From Octopus vulgaris (taxonomy: Eukaryota): a stretch of DNA of 64,000 nucleotides. The DNA lies in the NCBI GenBank assembly GCA_951406725.2, contig OX597816.1, positions 102,610,001 to 102,674,000 of the forward strand, written 5' to 3'. The number at the start of each line of letters is the position of its first letter. The first letter of the stretch is position 1. Under the pieces are notes generated by a model that searched no databases, had not been told where the DNA came from, and was given only the letters and a program-made list of their open reading frames with translations. The position numbers and the translations under genes were made by a program. Positions 1 to 13,829 of the stretch are shown here, in pieces.

Positions 1-204
1 CAACAATATATGTGTGCGTGTGTGTGTCTCTCTCTGTGTACATTATGTACATACATGTACGCATACGTACAAAAATTGCGTGCACATACACACGAGCGTG
101 CGCAAATAGAATTACACATCATTCTACTTCGCTGTATCAACTACAGTTGAGCCAAAGTGGGGTGAGTAGCCAATTCTCTCAAATTATGAAATTTCTTCTT
201 AAAA

Positions 205-600
205 AAGAAGAAACAATTTGGGTAAAAATAAACTCTTTTGGTTTGAGGACGCTTCGGTTAACTTTGGTCGGATTTCATATCCAACCAGAAACTGGGATGT
301 GTCTTGTCACTTGTATGACTCGAGAGCGCCTATTCAGGCTGCCTGGCCATTTTGCTCGACTTTCCGAATTAGACCCTGCTTACCGTCTTCTCTTTCTTCA
401 TGATCCGGCTGGGTTGACGGCCCGTGTTGGTCGACCACATGCCACATGATCACGGCTGATGAGGAGATATCTCGGGGACATTGGAACTAACTGAGACTAT
501 CCTCGACTGGTCAGCCAGGAGAACTTGAGAATATACCAACAAATGATGAATACAGCAACATGCTGCAACGGCGCATGCCCCTACACTTGGCCTGACCTCA
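205..600 (+). mobile_element. Decayed RTE-clade LINE, 3' end of ORF
   Basis: Reads ETGMCLVTCMTRERLFRLPGHFARLSELDPAYRLLFLHDPAGLTARVGRPHAT*SRLMRRYL...TATCCNGACPYT, matching the RTE C-terminal pattern R.R.LR..GH.AR...DP...G.R..GRP..TW; in-frame stops present. Confidence 0.75.
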
Positions 601-1101
601 GTTTGGATAGTCTTAGATATTCAATGTATGAATGAATAAATAAATAGATAAATAAATAAAAAGATGTATGTCTGGTACATCCTTATTCAAGAGGATGTTC
701 ATCTGCTACTGAACTATGGTTAAACAACAAACTATTTTTTAATGAAATATTTTTGAAATTATTTTGGGTAAATCAACCACCACTCGTCTTCTTGGATTTT
801 TTAAAAATAGAACTTTCTGAAAGTTTTAAAGTTCTCTCAAGTTCAGCAGCTCAATAGCAGGAGAGATGAGCAGAACCAGTAATGGAGTAACAAACGAGAT
901 AGACAGTCAGTCGAGCAGACAGTGCAATATAGAGAAGGATGAAAGAAAGAAAAAAGAGATAGCGCTACAAAAAGAGAATGATAGAGTAGTACTAAAGAGA
1001 GGAGTTATGAGAAACATAATATGCTAAAATAACATAAGTGTAGAAAGCCAGTGAGTCATAGATGGAATGATAGAGATATAAAGAAAGTGTGTGAATGTGG
1101 T

Positions 1102-1105
<4 letters not shown>

Positions 1106-1170
<65 letters not shown>
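1106..1170. repeat. (AG)n microsatellite
   Basis: Perfect dinucleotide run. Confidence 0.95.
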
Positions 1171-1173
<3 letters not shown>

Positions 1174-1925
1174 GCTTGCTAATAAAAGCAAAGTTCTTAG
1201 GGCACACGTTAGGACAGGCGACAAGAAAATATAGCAAGGTTTGAACCAGCATTGGAGAGTAATATAAACATCGCGTCACTTTTGATGGGAACAATATCTC
1301 CCAGAAGCTCAGCTAACATCTTATAAACATGCAATCAGGTTTTCGGTTTCCTGGCAAGTGATGGTTTATGAGCTGCCGTACCTCTTAAAATGAACTGGAA
1401 ATATCTCAGAAATATCTGACGAAACTACTTCCGAGAGGTATTAGTGTTTTCTTGCATATGTTAACTATGTATATTGATATATATACTTCATATATAATAA
1501 CACTTTGAGCAATAGTGATCGGGTACAGAAACAAACTAGCGGTCGTTTGGATACTAAACTTTACATCCTGTGCTTGGTCCAGTGATCATCAACGCAAGAT
1601 ATCGACATAAAATTGTAACTTATGCCTGATGAACCACGGTAAGACAGACATTCTTCATAAAACAGAGTTTCTACTAGAAATATAATATTTAAGTGATAGA
1701 CACTGACTTCATAGTTGAGTGAATAGGAATTCAAATCTAAAAATTTTCAGATTACTTTTACTGCAAAATAATGGAGTTGCAGAGAAGTGATGCCTATAAA
1801 GCTGCTTACAAGTTAGTATTACTTCTGACGGTTTTTCGGCTAGATGTTTCAATTACCGAGTGTGCATACAATGTTGGACAGTGGTACTGGAAGCGATGAA
1901 TTTCAGAAGGTAAAATGCGTGAAAA

Positions 1926-2460
<535 letters not shown>

Positions 2461-2599
2461 AATCTTTTTTTTCCATTTTTTAACAGTTTGCTAATTAGCT
2501 AATCAAAAACACATTCATTTATGAACTTAGTCGAAATTCCGCTAGACTCATTGTCCATAATTTCACCTTCAATCCTTATCAAATGTATTTTCATCTATT

Positions 2600-2864
2600 G
2601 TTTCATCTTCTATCTGTCATCATATTCCTCTTTAAAGTAGTTTACTCTTGTGGCATTTACTACATGACCTGGGAAACTGTTCCACTCATTAAGGATAAAA
2701 AAGCGACCAAACAAATAACTGATGTCTTTATAGCACTGTTTCTTATAAAATACATAATTGTGACCTTTACATTTTTTTAAAAATTCATATTGAAAATCGG
2801 CAATCGATTTAGAGAATTGTAGTAGAGATGAAAGTCTGGAGGTGAAATGCACATGACATTCCAT
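2600..2864 (-). mobile_element. Decayed CR1-type LINE, 3' end of ORF2
   Basis: Minus frame KGHNYVFYKKQCYKDISYLFGRFFILNEWNSFPGHVVNATRVNYFKEEYD matches the CR1 terminal pattern RGH..KL.K......FF..R.IN.WN.LP..VV.A..VN.FK..LD. Confidence 0.75.
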
Positions 2865-3035
2865 CCAGAATTAAATCTAAGAGTTTCTTGGCAGGTCACT
2901 CAATAAGTTATTGGTAATGAAGTGTGTTTTGTATGCGTTTGTTCTATGTTTCGGCTTGCCCTGCTTATGACCTTAAATATATATATCAAAGCATCACTTG
3001 AAAAAGACGTTTAATTTAGATTGAGAATACAAACA

Positions 3036-3132
3036 TTTATTGCCTCTTACAGCTGTTTCTAGAATAGCCAAGCATGTGGATCCTCATATTGAATAAGGAT
3101 TCCACAAGCTGAGAATTCCATCATGAGAGAGG
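3036..3132 (-). ncRNA. Degenerate Penelope-type hammerhead ribozyme motif with long stem II, followed by AATAAA
   Basis: Minus strand: cctct...catgatgg-[long hairpin tgtggaatcctt/gaggatccaca]-GAAAC-AGCT-GTA-agagg-c-AATAAA; stem I cctct/agagg and palindromic AGCT stem III loop; CUGAUGA box mutated. Confidence 0.55.
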
Positions 3133-3218
3133 GAGAGGTCACTGCCCACTTTCTCTGTTGATCTCGCTCTGTTCTTAGATGTCTCCACTCAGTCTCTTTC
3201 TATTCTACCATTCCTTAG

Positions 3219-3296
3219 AGATAGAAAGATAGAGAGACAGATTGATAGATAGCTAAATAGACAGACATAGAGATAGGCAGATAGATAAATAGAAAT

Positions 3297-3352
<56 letters not shown>

Positions 3353-3353
3353 T

Positions 3354-3386
<33 letters not shown>

Positions 3387-3448
3387 TGGATAGTTAGACA
3401 GACAGACAGACGGATGGATAGATAGATAGATAGACTGACCGATAGACG

Positions 3449-3514
<66 letters not shown>

Positions 3515-3586
3515 CAGATAAATGCATAGATAAATAGGTAGGTAGACAGATAGATAGATAAATAAACAGACAGATAGACAGATAGG

Positions 3587-3672
<86 letters not shown>
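3219..3672. repeat. (GATA)n/(GACA)n compound microsatellite
   Basis: Directly visible. Confidence 0.95.
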
Positions 3673-3673
<1 letters not shown>

Positions 3674-4905
3674 ATAGAAGGAGGGAGATGAAGAGAGAGA
3701 AAGAGAGAGTGAGAATGAAAAAAAAAAGAAAGTCGAAACAACTACTCTCTTTCACCTTTCTGTCTTTCTACATCCATTTTCCCTGACAAACAATAAAGTG
3801 TTATTTGAGGGAGTTTGGTTGTTCTTTCTGAATATAAATGACATACAGACTACCATGTGAGATGGCGCACAATTTCACTTGGTGGGTAAGCGTTTTCTAG
3901 TTTCTGAATACAAGACAGTCATGCATACAGACAATTCACGCTCGCGCGCACAGATACGCGAAAACATTTGCATACACAATAGAGAAATATGGGTGTATAT
4001 GTATAACAAGAGAAGTGTGTACGTATATGCCAGTGTATGTGCTGTACGTTTTATCAAATGTATGTGTACGAGAGAAAACTAGTGCATTTGAAGTCAACAT
4101 CATGCTTCAATGAATTTGTCCTCGCTTTCTTATTTTATATACTTTTCTTTCTTTGCATTCAACTTTCGTCTTTTTATCTTAATCGTCTTCATTTTTTGAC
4201 CTTTCATCCTTTCTTTCTTACATCCTTTCTTCTCTCAATGAATATGTGTGGTGTGTGTATGTGTGTGTATGTATATAAACATGTGAGTGTGTGTATGCAT
4301 GTATGTATGTGTGTATGCATTCATGCTTGTATGTACATATGTATCACCTTTTCAAAAATGTTCATCCATTCGCTGCTTTAGTTCCTTTCACAAATTCTCC
4401 CAGGTTCACCTTTCGGCTACGCCATTCAATGTGATTTCTCCTATCTACCTTAACCTGTTTCACTAGCTGACTGCTGCTTGTCTATGTGGTGTCGGGTTGT
4501 CTGTGAATGTGTATGCGCGCGTGTGTGTGTGTGTATACAAAAACCATCGGGTTGACCCTTGCCTTGAGAATGAAGTCTGGTAAACGGAAATCGTAAGGAA
4601 GTCCGTCGGATGGACTATAGCTGTAAAATCAAAAGGCCAGACTTCTCATGTACTTTGACACGCCAGGTCTGATCGAGAATTACGTTTGTGACATTCTCAG
4701 CCATCTACTTTATATTTTAATGAGGTGTGAGTACAATCGGTCGAACAACTAGAGTACTCATCGTCAAAATCGACGGAAATCCAATTTAGCTTTATATATT
4801 TATACACACACACGCGCTCACACACACACACGCATACAAACACAAACTCGCGCACGCACATACACACATACATACATACATACACACATACATACATACA
4901 TACAT

Positions 4906-4980
<75 letters not shown>

Positions 4981-5185
4981 CATACATACGCATACATAAA
5001 TTCACATACAGACACATACATACACGTACATTTTAATGGTTTTGTTCTCTGGAAATATATGTGGAAATGTCAACGATTCACTGACTATTTTGAGAGAATT
5101 CATACTTCTACACAATCCAACCATTCTCGCTCTTATACACATATATCACTCATTGTTTCTTTGTTTGCTAGCTTCTTTCCTTCCT

Positions 5186-5220
<35 letters not shown>

Positions 5221-5339
5221 CTCTTTCTGTCTTTCTAGCTCTCCCCTTCTTACTTTCTCTCTTTTTCTCTCTATTCCCTCTGTTTCGAACACTTTCTCGT
5301 CTGTACCTGCTCAAGAACTTAATAATTTACTTAGTAATA

Positions 5340-6120
5340 ATTTCCAACATAAGCATAAGTTCTCATATTTTGAAGGTGATGGTGTGAGTCAATTTTATCA
5401 ACTTCAGTACTCTCTTATACTTTATTTTATCGATTCCTAGAACGATGACTGGCAAAGGGTACTTCGATGAGATTTGAACTCACAACATAAAAGAATGTAA
5501 CTGAATGTTGCGAGTCATTTTTGTCAGACCGTCTAATGATTGCAGCTGTCTGCCTCAATAATTATAATAATGGTTTGAAATTTTAGCACGAGGCTAGAAA
5601 TTCTAAGTGGAGTGGTAAGTCGATTACATCAACTCCAGTATTCAACTGTTATTTATTTGATCAACAACGACAAAATGAAAGGCAAAATCAACCACGGTGG
5701 AATTTGAACACAAAACCTAAAGCCACGCTCAGTGTTACAGAACAATTTGTCCTACTCGCAAAGATTCTGCCAGCTTGCCGCTTGGCACAATGTTAGTAAA
5801 TTTAGCGGAAGGGTAGTAGTCGATTACATTCACTCCACAACTTTACTGGTGGCTTATTTTATCGATCCGGAAGTTGACCTCGGCTGGTTTCGAACTCAGC
5901 ACATAAAAAGTTGGGACAGCTACCGTAAGATATCCGGCGACCTAACGATACTCCTATCTGCACAAGGCCTGTAATTTAGGGGAAGATTGTCGATAAAACT
6001 GAACCTGTACTTTACTGGCACTTCATTTTATCGATTTCAATGAAATTTGAACCCAGAATGTAAAGACAGGCGTAACTAGAGATCCTGAGGCATCTTCCAT
6101 TCGATACGCAACCAATCCTT
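5340..6120 (-). mobile_element. Four head-to-tail decayed SINE-A copies
   Basis: The module gtcgattacat...ttttatcga...gaatttgaac recurs four times (~5340-5555, 5572-5782, 5783-5958, 5959-6120). Confidence 0.7.
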
Positions 6121-6184
6121 TCAACTATCGATGATTTTTATTGGAGGACACTTGCTAGCAAGGATTCTCTATATGTTTGATTGA

Positions 6185-6365
6185 CCTATTTGCAATAGCA
6201 GCTAACTTTCCCTCAAATCCATCTTGGAAAAAGACGTTGGATAATGTGGTTTTGGATTCCTAGTATATCGGAAGAAAACGAGATTGATACGACTGAGATA
6301 CCATTGGTTTAAGGTCTGCCTAGTTAGAGCAAACCTAGACCTAAAAACAACAACAACAACAACAA
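6185..6365 (+). mobile_element. SINE-like family D (aatagcagc...ccctcaaatc...ggataatg...ggtctgc...ctaaacaacaac)
   Basis: Same ordered motifs recur at ~12965-13155, 15590-15730, 38340-38485, 46495-46870, 51850-51990, 59600-59775 and inverted at ~43250-43450 and 53540-53950; (AAC)n tail. Confidence 0.6.
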
Positions 6366-6490
6366 ACCTCTTCCTAAAGATCTAACCTAGATACAGGACC
6401 ACAAGGTTTAGAGGAGGTGTTTAGTTATTTATAATATCTAGTATATGACTGAAAGTTAATTTAATGCCAATATCATTTCAAGTTGTGTGT

Positions 6491-6528
<38 letters not shown>

Positions 6529-6704
6529 TGTAGGTGCGGGAGTTTACTTTTGTTCCATTTTAACCCTAATACGTACAAGAGGTTTTCAGGTACGTGTCAT
6601 ACTCGAATTTATAGGGTTTACAGGTCTAAGATAACGGATTCATTCAGGTGTGTTTTGTTCAACCATACCAAGGATTGTTTCTTATACTGATAATATCTAC
6701 TTTG

Positions 6705-6745
<41 letters not shown>

Positions 6746-7451
6746 CCCCTCCCTCTCTCCTGACTCCTTCCCTCTCCCTTATACCCCTCTCTCTCTGTAT
6801 TTATAGTTTTTAGTAATGTATTAATCTTTACATCTTTATATTCAGTATTAAGGTTTACAAATTTATATTTGTTTTGTCGTTATATTTTTATGTCTTTATA
6901 ACTAATACCCATATAAACTCGAGCCTTCTCTCAATACAAACGCATGAACACACACACAGACATATAATATATGTGTATGTGCGTGTTTATGTATGTATGT
7001 ATGTATGTAGATGAGGTGGGGATCAAAACTGAGAATAGAGACAAGTGCATTGTAGAATTCGAGTTGACTGGGACTTCAAATTTCATCAGACAGAGCACGT
7101 TTATTTCAGGTGTGCGTGTGTGTATCAGATGAACACACACGCACACATGCACACGCACACACGCACACATACACGCACACATACACGCACTCAGACATAC
7201 ATCTCCGTTTCAAGCACGCAAGAACGCTTCATATTTTCACACGCAAATCCACCTGTTATATATTTCTTCTGTCATAAAGAAACATACCATCTGATATGCA
7301 CATATATAACAATGCCGTTTTTTTTGTTTAAATGACCAAATGACTTGATGAATAAATGCATCTTAAACACACAAGCCTAATTCAATTACTGACTTTCTTA
7401 CATGAATAAGGTTTTCTTACATTATCACAATTTCAATCATTTTACTTTATC

Positions 7452-7683
7452 TATTTCTTTACTACCCACAAGGGGCTAAACACAGAGAGGACAAACAAGG
7501 ACAGACAAACGGATTAAGTCGATTATATCGACCCCAGTGCGTAACTGGTACTTATGTAATCGATCCCGAAAGGATGAAAGGCAAAGTCGACCTCGGCGGA
7601 ATTTGAACTCAGAACGTAGCGGCAGACGATATACCGCAAAGCATTTCGCCCGGCGTGCTAACGTTTCTGCCAGCTCACCGCCT
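7452..7683 (-). mobile_element. tRNA-derived SINE-A, full length, tail type 1
   Basis: Minus strand ggcggtgagcTGGCAGAAACGTTAG (A box) ... GAGTTCAAATTCC (B box) ... gtcgactttgcctttcatcctttcggg ... gtttagccccttgtgggtagtaaagaaatag. Confidence 0.9.
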
Positions 7684-7689
7684 TTATCG

Positions 7690-8620
7690 TGTATGTTCGG
7701 AATCTTTTGTGGATCTATTGTAGATCTTTTGCAACTCTGTAGTGGATCTGCTATAGTCTAAGTATAGGGAACCTGTATAACTCTAGTGGACCTTTTTTGT
7801 TTTAATCATAGTGGATCTGTCTAGTTGTTATTGATTTAACTGTAAGGAACCCGTCTAACTGTAGTAGATTTATCTATTCCTGATCTGTTAGAGGTTATCG
7901 GTGATATGCTTTAGATATAGTTTGATGGATATTTTGTCGCAGACCACTGATAGAAATATTGTACATCTGTCGCAGACCACTGATAGAAATATTGTACATC
8001 TGTTACAAATTTATGTTGGAGTCCATCACAGTCCTTATGCAAACATATGATGAGATCAATGATAGCTATAATGTGTATCTGTTGTGAAACTGTCGTAAAT
8101 ATGTTGTGGGCATACTGCTGTATAGAACTATTGCGGATATTATTGCTCACCTTTTATACATTCTATCGATATGTTGTGAATATGCTGCATCTTTGTTGTA
8201 TATATATTCTTGTTGCTGAGATGTCAGGAATATTTCCTGTAATTGTTGTTTAACTATTGTGGATATTTTGTGTATAAGCAATTTATTTATTATGTATGTT
8301 GCAAATATGTTGTGCGGACCCTGTGTGTCGTGTATATATTATGAACATATTGAGTTCTTGATGCTGATATATGATCAATATATTGTGTGTCTGTTGTGGA
8401 TATATTGCCTGTTTGTTGCCTATCTGCTATATATCTGTTATATATTTCTTGTTTATCTCCTGTAGAAATCTTGTGATTATGCTGTGGTCCTGTTGTGTGT
8501 ATCTATTGTGGTTTTATTGTGTATTTCTTATATAACTGTTTTGGACATGCTGTGCATCTGTAGTGGATATGTTATAGATCTGTTGTGGTTCAGTGTTGAA
8601 TTTGGTGGGGATCTATCTTT
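7690..8620. repeat. Cryptic ~11-bp-period minisatellite (consensus ~CTGTTGTGGAT) containing an exact 33-bp tandem duplication at 7935-8000
   Basis: Units such as ctgttgtggat/ctgttatatat/ctgttttggac/ctgtagtggat/atgttatagat fall in 11-nt register. Confidence 0.7.
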
Positions 8621-8644
8621 GATGCGAATATTAAAAAAGTTCTA

Positions 8645-8797
8645 AGGTGACGAGTTGGCTGAATTGTCAGCACGCCGGGCAAAAATTCTTGGCTGCATTT
8701 CGTCCGCCTTTGCGTTCTGAGTTCAAATTCCATCAAGGTCACCTTTGCCTTTCATTCTTTCAGGGATGTCGATAAAATAAGTAGCAGTTGAGCACTG
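8645..8797 (+). mobile_element. SINE-A copy, 3' truncated
   Basis: gagttggctgaattgtcagcacgccggg...ctgagttcaaattcc...gtcgataaaataagtagcagttgagcactg. Confidence 0.85.
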
Positions 8798-10084
8798 ATG
8801 TGGATTTTTTTCTGTAAGATACGGACGGCATTATTTTATATAACTTGTAAACGATTGTGCTTTGTGCAAATCTACCCATATAATATTTGTGGTTACTCAT
8901 CTTTTAATCTCCACATATATTTAGAGAGTGCAGAGGTGTGAAATCGGTGGTTAACAGAATGATCTATTATATTGATACAAGCTACTTTTGAATGAATGCT
9001 TTCTGAGTTCTATGTAGTTGGTTGAAATGTTATTTGTGGAAACACTGGCGTAACACAGCTTCCATAAACGTTTCTGCTTCTTTTCCAAATCACCCATCAT
9101 CCAACCGGTATTTATGTATATGCGCACCGTATTGGGTTTATTGATGTTTTCTTGACACATTTTTGACACATTTTCTTGACACATTTTTGTATATAAACGA
9201 ATGTGTTATGTATGTATATATGCCTATATTTATATAACAATGTAGAAATATTTTCATGTCTATATATAGAAGGACATGTGTATGTATATCCACTTATGGC
9301 TATGTATGTGAATGTTATGTATATATACATATAGATATACACACACAAGTACACACACACACACATATATGTGTATGTGTCTGATTGTGAGTGGAAATGT
9401 ACAGTCTCATACATAAATTTCAACTATTTGCACATACATATGCTTCTACAGACATGAATGTGCATATTATTCTTGTGGCCAAAGAAAAATAGAACAAAAA
9501 CCCCAAAAGCTAAAAAAAAACAAACCGATGACCTTCCTTTCTTCCTTACACTGATCGATAATTCCTTTCCCTCTTTCTCATTTGCTTGCTCTTTCTATCT
9601 TCAGCCTGGTTGTCTTTTGTTTCTTCTCTTCCTCTCTCTCTATTATCAATTCCCTGCATCTATTTCAATATTTCCAGACTCTCATGAATTAAGAAAAAAC
9701 AAAAAAAAACAAAACAGAGAGGTAAAGATGTTCTCGCTCGCCAAAAAGAGAAAAGAAAAGACAGCTGAAAATACCTCGACACTTCCAGGCCCAACGGTAT
9801 ACCGACTTTTTACAATTTATAGTTCATCTATAAAAATAATTTTTGCCGATGAAAACCATCACTAGTTCACCTGGGTTCTGTTATACATACATACATACAT
9901 ACATACATACATACATACATACATACATACATACATACATACATACATACATACATACATACATGCACATATATATGCACACATATGCATTCACACACAC
10001 ATATACAGACACACAATCATACTCTCATACATACATAAAAAGATACTACACGCTTACACATCACAACATGCATGCGACCTATGT

Positions 10085-10220
10085 GTTATAATGTTGGACT
10101 CGCTGTGATTACAGGGTTGTTGGCTCGAATCGTGGACGTGGCGGCACATTATCTCTTGAGCAAAGGATATCATTTCACATTGCTCACTTCGACGCAGCTG
10201 AAAATGAGTACCAGCCGACG
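10085..10220 (+). mobile_element. Decayed SINE-C-related copy with CORE-like central motif
   Basis: B-box-like ggctcgaatc followed by cttgagcaaagg...catttcacattgctc...gcagctgaaaatgagtacc; similar copies at ~12400-12545, 58660-58785 and 58990-59152. Confidence 0.55.
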
Positions 10221-11844
10221 GTTGGTGCAGCCTTCCTCCCTCCCCCCCTCTATCCGATGTTCCACTGGGTTCATGGAGCGGATGGGATGGAGTGGCGAGA
10301 AGGGTCATAACTACCATTAACAAACACGTAGTACATACATGTTACCAGGTCATATTCAAATTCGAGTTCGCGAGCGACGGATATACATGTATTACGTGTG
10401 TGAATGTCGTTGTCTGAAAGGGCGTGTATACGTAGAATAGAATGTGTGTACGTGGCTGTACGCGTTGAGCTGTGTGTATGCGCGAGCGTGCGTTCGTATC
10501 TTTCGCCAACGTTTATTAGCGAAAGACGTACACATTAGCTAGAAAATCGATAACGCAGTCCGTTCGTACGAACAATAAGTAAATATTTATATAAAATAAA
10601 ACAAATAGAATAAAAATAAATAAATAAATAAATAAAATATTATAGTATTTAATCTGCCCGAGTTGCACAGATATTCCATTGTCACGCTGGCCATCAGAAA
10701 TGCATAAAATCAGAGATGGGCCAGTTAGAAATCTACAGTCTATGGCACCATTGTTAACAAAATACACAATATAAAGTACAGCAAATGATATATATATATA
10801 TATATATATATATACGTATGTATTTTATGTATTACATATAAAAATTGTCATTTACACAGGTCGCAGCTGCAACAACAACAGTAGTAGCAGCAGCAGCAGT
10901 AGCAGCAGCAACAATAACACCAACAACAACAACAACATCAGCAGCAACCACAATAGCAATAACGGCTTACACCTTTCTACAACCAATACTAGAGAACTAT
11001 TATAGACACCCTATGTAGTTGTTAACCTAGTGCCCTATACAGGGGTGTGTATGTGCGTGTGCATATTCTTATGGAGTGTGTGTGTGTGTGTGTGGGAATG
11101 TACTTGCGTGTATGTGTTTGTGTGTGTGTGTGTGTGTGTGGTGTGCTGTGGTAGTGGTGGTGGTGGTGGTGGTGGTGGTGTGTGTGTGTGTGTGTGTGTT
11201 AAAGACATCTGACTACCAGTTTGCGAAAACTAGCGAATCCATTAACTTACAAGTACTTGTTAACACACCCATACTTATTGACGTCGCTGCAGCCGCCGCC
11301 ATCACGACCAACAAAAACAGCGGCAGCAACACTACCACTACTACCAGCACTACCATCACCACCACCACCACCACCACTACAATCTTCACTACTACAACCA
11401 CTGCCACTACCACTACCACAACCATTACCACCACTATTAACACCGCCATCACCGTCACCCTTCCTCCCACCGCTACCACAGAAACTACCATCCCTACCCC
11501 ACCCCACTAATACTCTACTCCAACCATAAACCACCCATCAGCGACCATCCCAGCGCAACGTAATCATTAGTAACACTGTCGCTGATATTTATATCCTTAG
11601 AATGAACAATCCGAGCTCCTACGCTACCAACATTTCAACAATAAGCAACCACTATCAACGCCTCCAACACCAATAATACCTAAGTTTATCATCACCATCG
11701 CTGAATTAATTAGGGACGTATGTGAGATGTTAGAAATAGCAGCGAAACCTTCTACTAATTATCTAGCGTCTTAGAAAAGGACACGGTGGATAACGTGGTC
11801 CGCAGGTTGCCCAAGACTGGTATAGACGCTATAGTGTCATATCC

Positions 11845-12056
11845 TTTCTAATTTTTGACACAAGGCCAGTAATTTTGAGGTGAAGGGAAAGCCGATTAGA
11901 TCGAATCCAGTGTTCAAATGGTACTTATTTTAATCGACCCCGGAAGAATGAAAAGTAAAATTGACTTTGGTGGCATTTGAACTTAACGTAAAACCAGAAG
12001 AAATGCCGCTAAACATTTTGTCCATCACGCTAACGATTCTGTTCCCTCGTCGCCTT
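11845..12056 (-). mobile_element. SINE-A copy, tail type 2
   Basis: acacaaggccag...ggtacttattttaatcgacccc...atttgaact...gctaacgattctg...cgcc. Confidence 0.85.
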
Positions 12057-12667
12057 CTTGTTGTATATCATTGCGTACAGCTATAGGCATTGGAACACAG
12101 GATTCAAAGAATGCAGTTGCACCTCTTAATGATTTTGTTGTGCAATGAAAATGCTTTGAACATCCTGAATTGGATCTGGATTTGCGTCCCTTTAGCAAAT
12201 TTTGTTCCCGCATTTATGTATACTGTTTTTGTATATGTCCTATGTTTACAGACATCTCTGCCAAGACTATTTTGTCTGTTTGAGTATCTAGAATTATCTT
12301 CCCACTATCTATCAGTCTTCTTTTGAGATACAAGGATGTAATTTGAGTGAGATTTTTGCTATTCCTTCATCATCTACTTATATTCACACATGTATTTTGA
12401 AAGCGCGACGCCCAGATGTTAGAGTGTTCGTTTTAAGGTCATAACGTCGTGGATTCAATTCCTGAACCCTGCAGCAGGATGTGTCCTTGAGCAAGGTGCA
12501 CCATTTCACGTTGCTCTAGTCTGCTCAACTATAATGAGTTCTATATGGGTGCTGATGCAGTTCTCTTTCCTTTTAGTGGTCACATCTTACATGTACCACT
12601 GAGCCAAGGTTTATGAGCCGAGGCGGGACCTGCTGAAGATTACAATAGCATGGCTGTACTTGTAGAC

Positions 12668-12802
12668 TAGGCATGGACAACCTTTTTCGGGAATCGGGCC
12701 ACATGACACGGCTCATCATTAGGCGGGCTGCAATAATTCATGGCAATTTTTCATTAGGCATGCCACTCATAAAGTCTATAGACCGCAGTTTACCCGTGAC
12801 TG
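12668..12802. mobile_element. Possible hAT (Charlie-like) MITE remnant
   Basis: Ends taggcatggacaacc / gcagtttacccgtgactg are imperfect inverted repeats with internal gggccaca/gggctgca/gaccgca motifs; no clear 8-bp TSD. Confidence 0.45.
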
Positions 12803-13177
12803 CATAACATCACGGCGCAACACATTCCAGTACATCCTCTCAAAGTATATCACGCTAAATTAAATGATTGTATATTTACACTACATCAAATCACATTAAG
12901 CACGCCATCATACCACATTGCACACATCTCGTAAGTTAAGGAGGGAGCCTTTACGTATTGCTTAATCTGTTAGAAATAGCGATCAAATTTCCTTGAAATT
13001 TCATTATACCGAGTTAAAAAAGACGTGATGGCCTGGTAACACTATTCCATAGTAACATTATTCCAGAATAAAAAAAAGAAAAACGGTGTGATCATAACTG
13101 GAATAGCCTCTGATTATGGATCTGGTGTATCAGGGTGACAAGGGCTAAGCAACACTATATGTATACATACTATAACA

Positions 13178-13350
13178 AGGTGGTTATCTGGTAGAGTCGT
13201 TTGCACGTCGGGAAAAATGCTTAGTGACATTTCGTCAGTCTTTACATTCTGAGTTCAAATTTCGCCGAGGTTGACTTAGCTTTTCATCTTTTCGGGACCA
13301 ATAAATAAGTAGCAGTTGAATACTGGAGTCGAGCTAATCGACTTAATCCT
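13178..13350 (+). mobile_element. SINE-A copy
   Basis: aaatgcttag...ctgagttcaaatttcgccgaggttgac...aataagtagcagttga...aatcgactta. Confidence 0.8.
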
Positions 13351-13770
13351 TCTTCAGTATACTTACTATATATTCCACACCTCTTTACACATACAAAACA
13401 CCGCATACATTTCACATTACACTCACAGAGGTCATAGGTCATATCAGTCAGCACACACTTCACACCACACTGCACATAAACTGAGCCATCCTAGTTTATA
13501 CATCATGTCACAATCGTTCATTATACATCCATCATTTCTTAGTCCTTTAGCTTCCCATCACCATCAACACTACCGCCACAACACAAGAACCTCTATCATC
13601 ACCATCATCATCATCATCAACACCATTATCCTTCCCCAACAAGTTCACCGTAGTAAATACTGCTACTTCCGCCGGGATATTTATTTTGTGACACGAATGG
13701 CGCGATTTCGAGACCCTCAACTGGCAACATATAAAACAGTGGACTACACACACACACACACACACACAAA

Positions 13771-13829
<59 letters not shown>

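Noticed and set aside
1622-1655. gcCTGATGAaccacggtaagacagac, hammerhead-like start
   Set aside because: GAAA box absent (aaga) and no cleavage triplet or stem I; at most a dead remnant
7045-7055. GTGCATTGTAG, identical to the 5' half of miR-33
   Set aside because: Match stops after 11 nt and no precursor hairpin is evident
7935-8003. 33-bp direct repeat of CRISPR-like length
   Set aside because: Two abutting copies with no spacer, eukaryotic context, no cas genes; part of the 11-bp array
9150-9190. ttgacacattt repeated three times
   Set aside because: Short slippage duplication with no further structure
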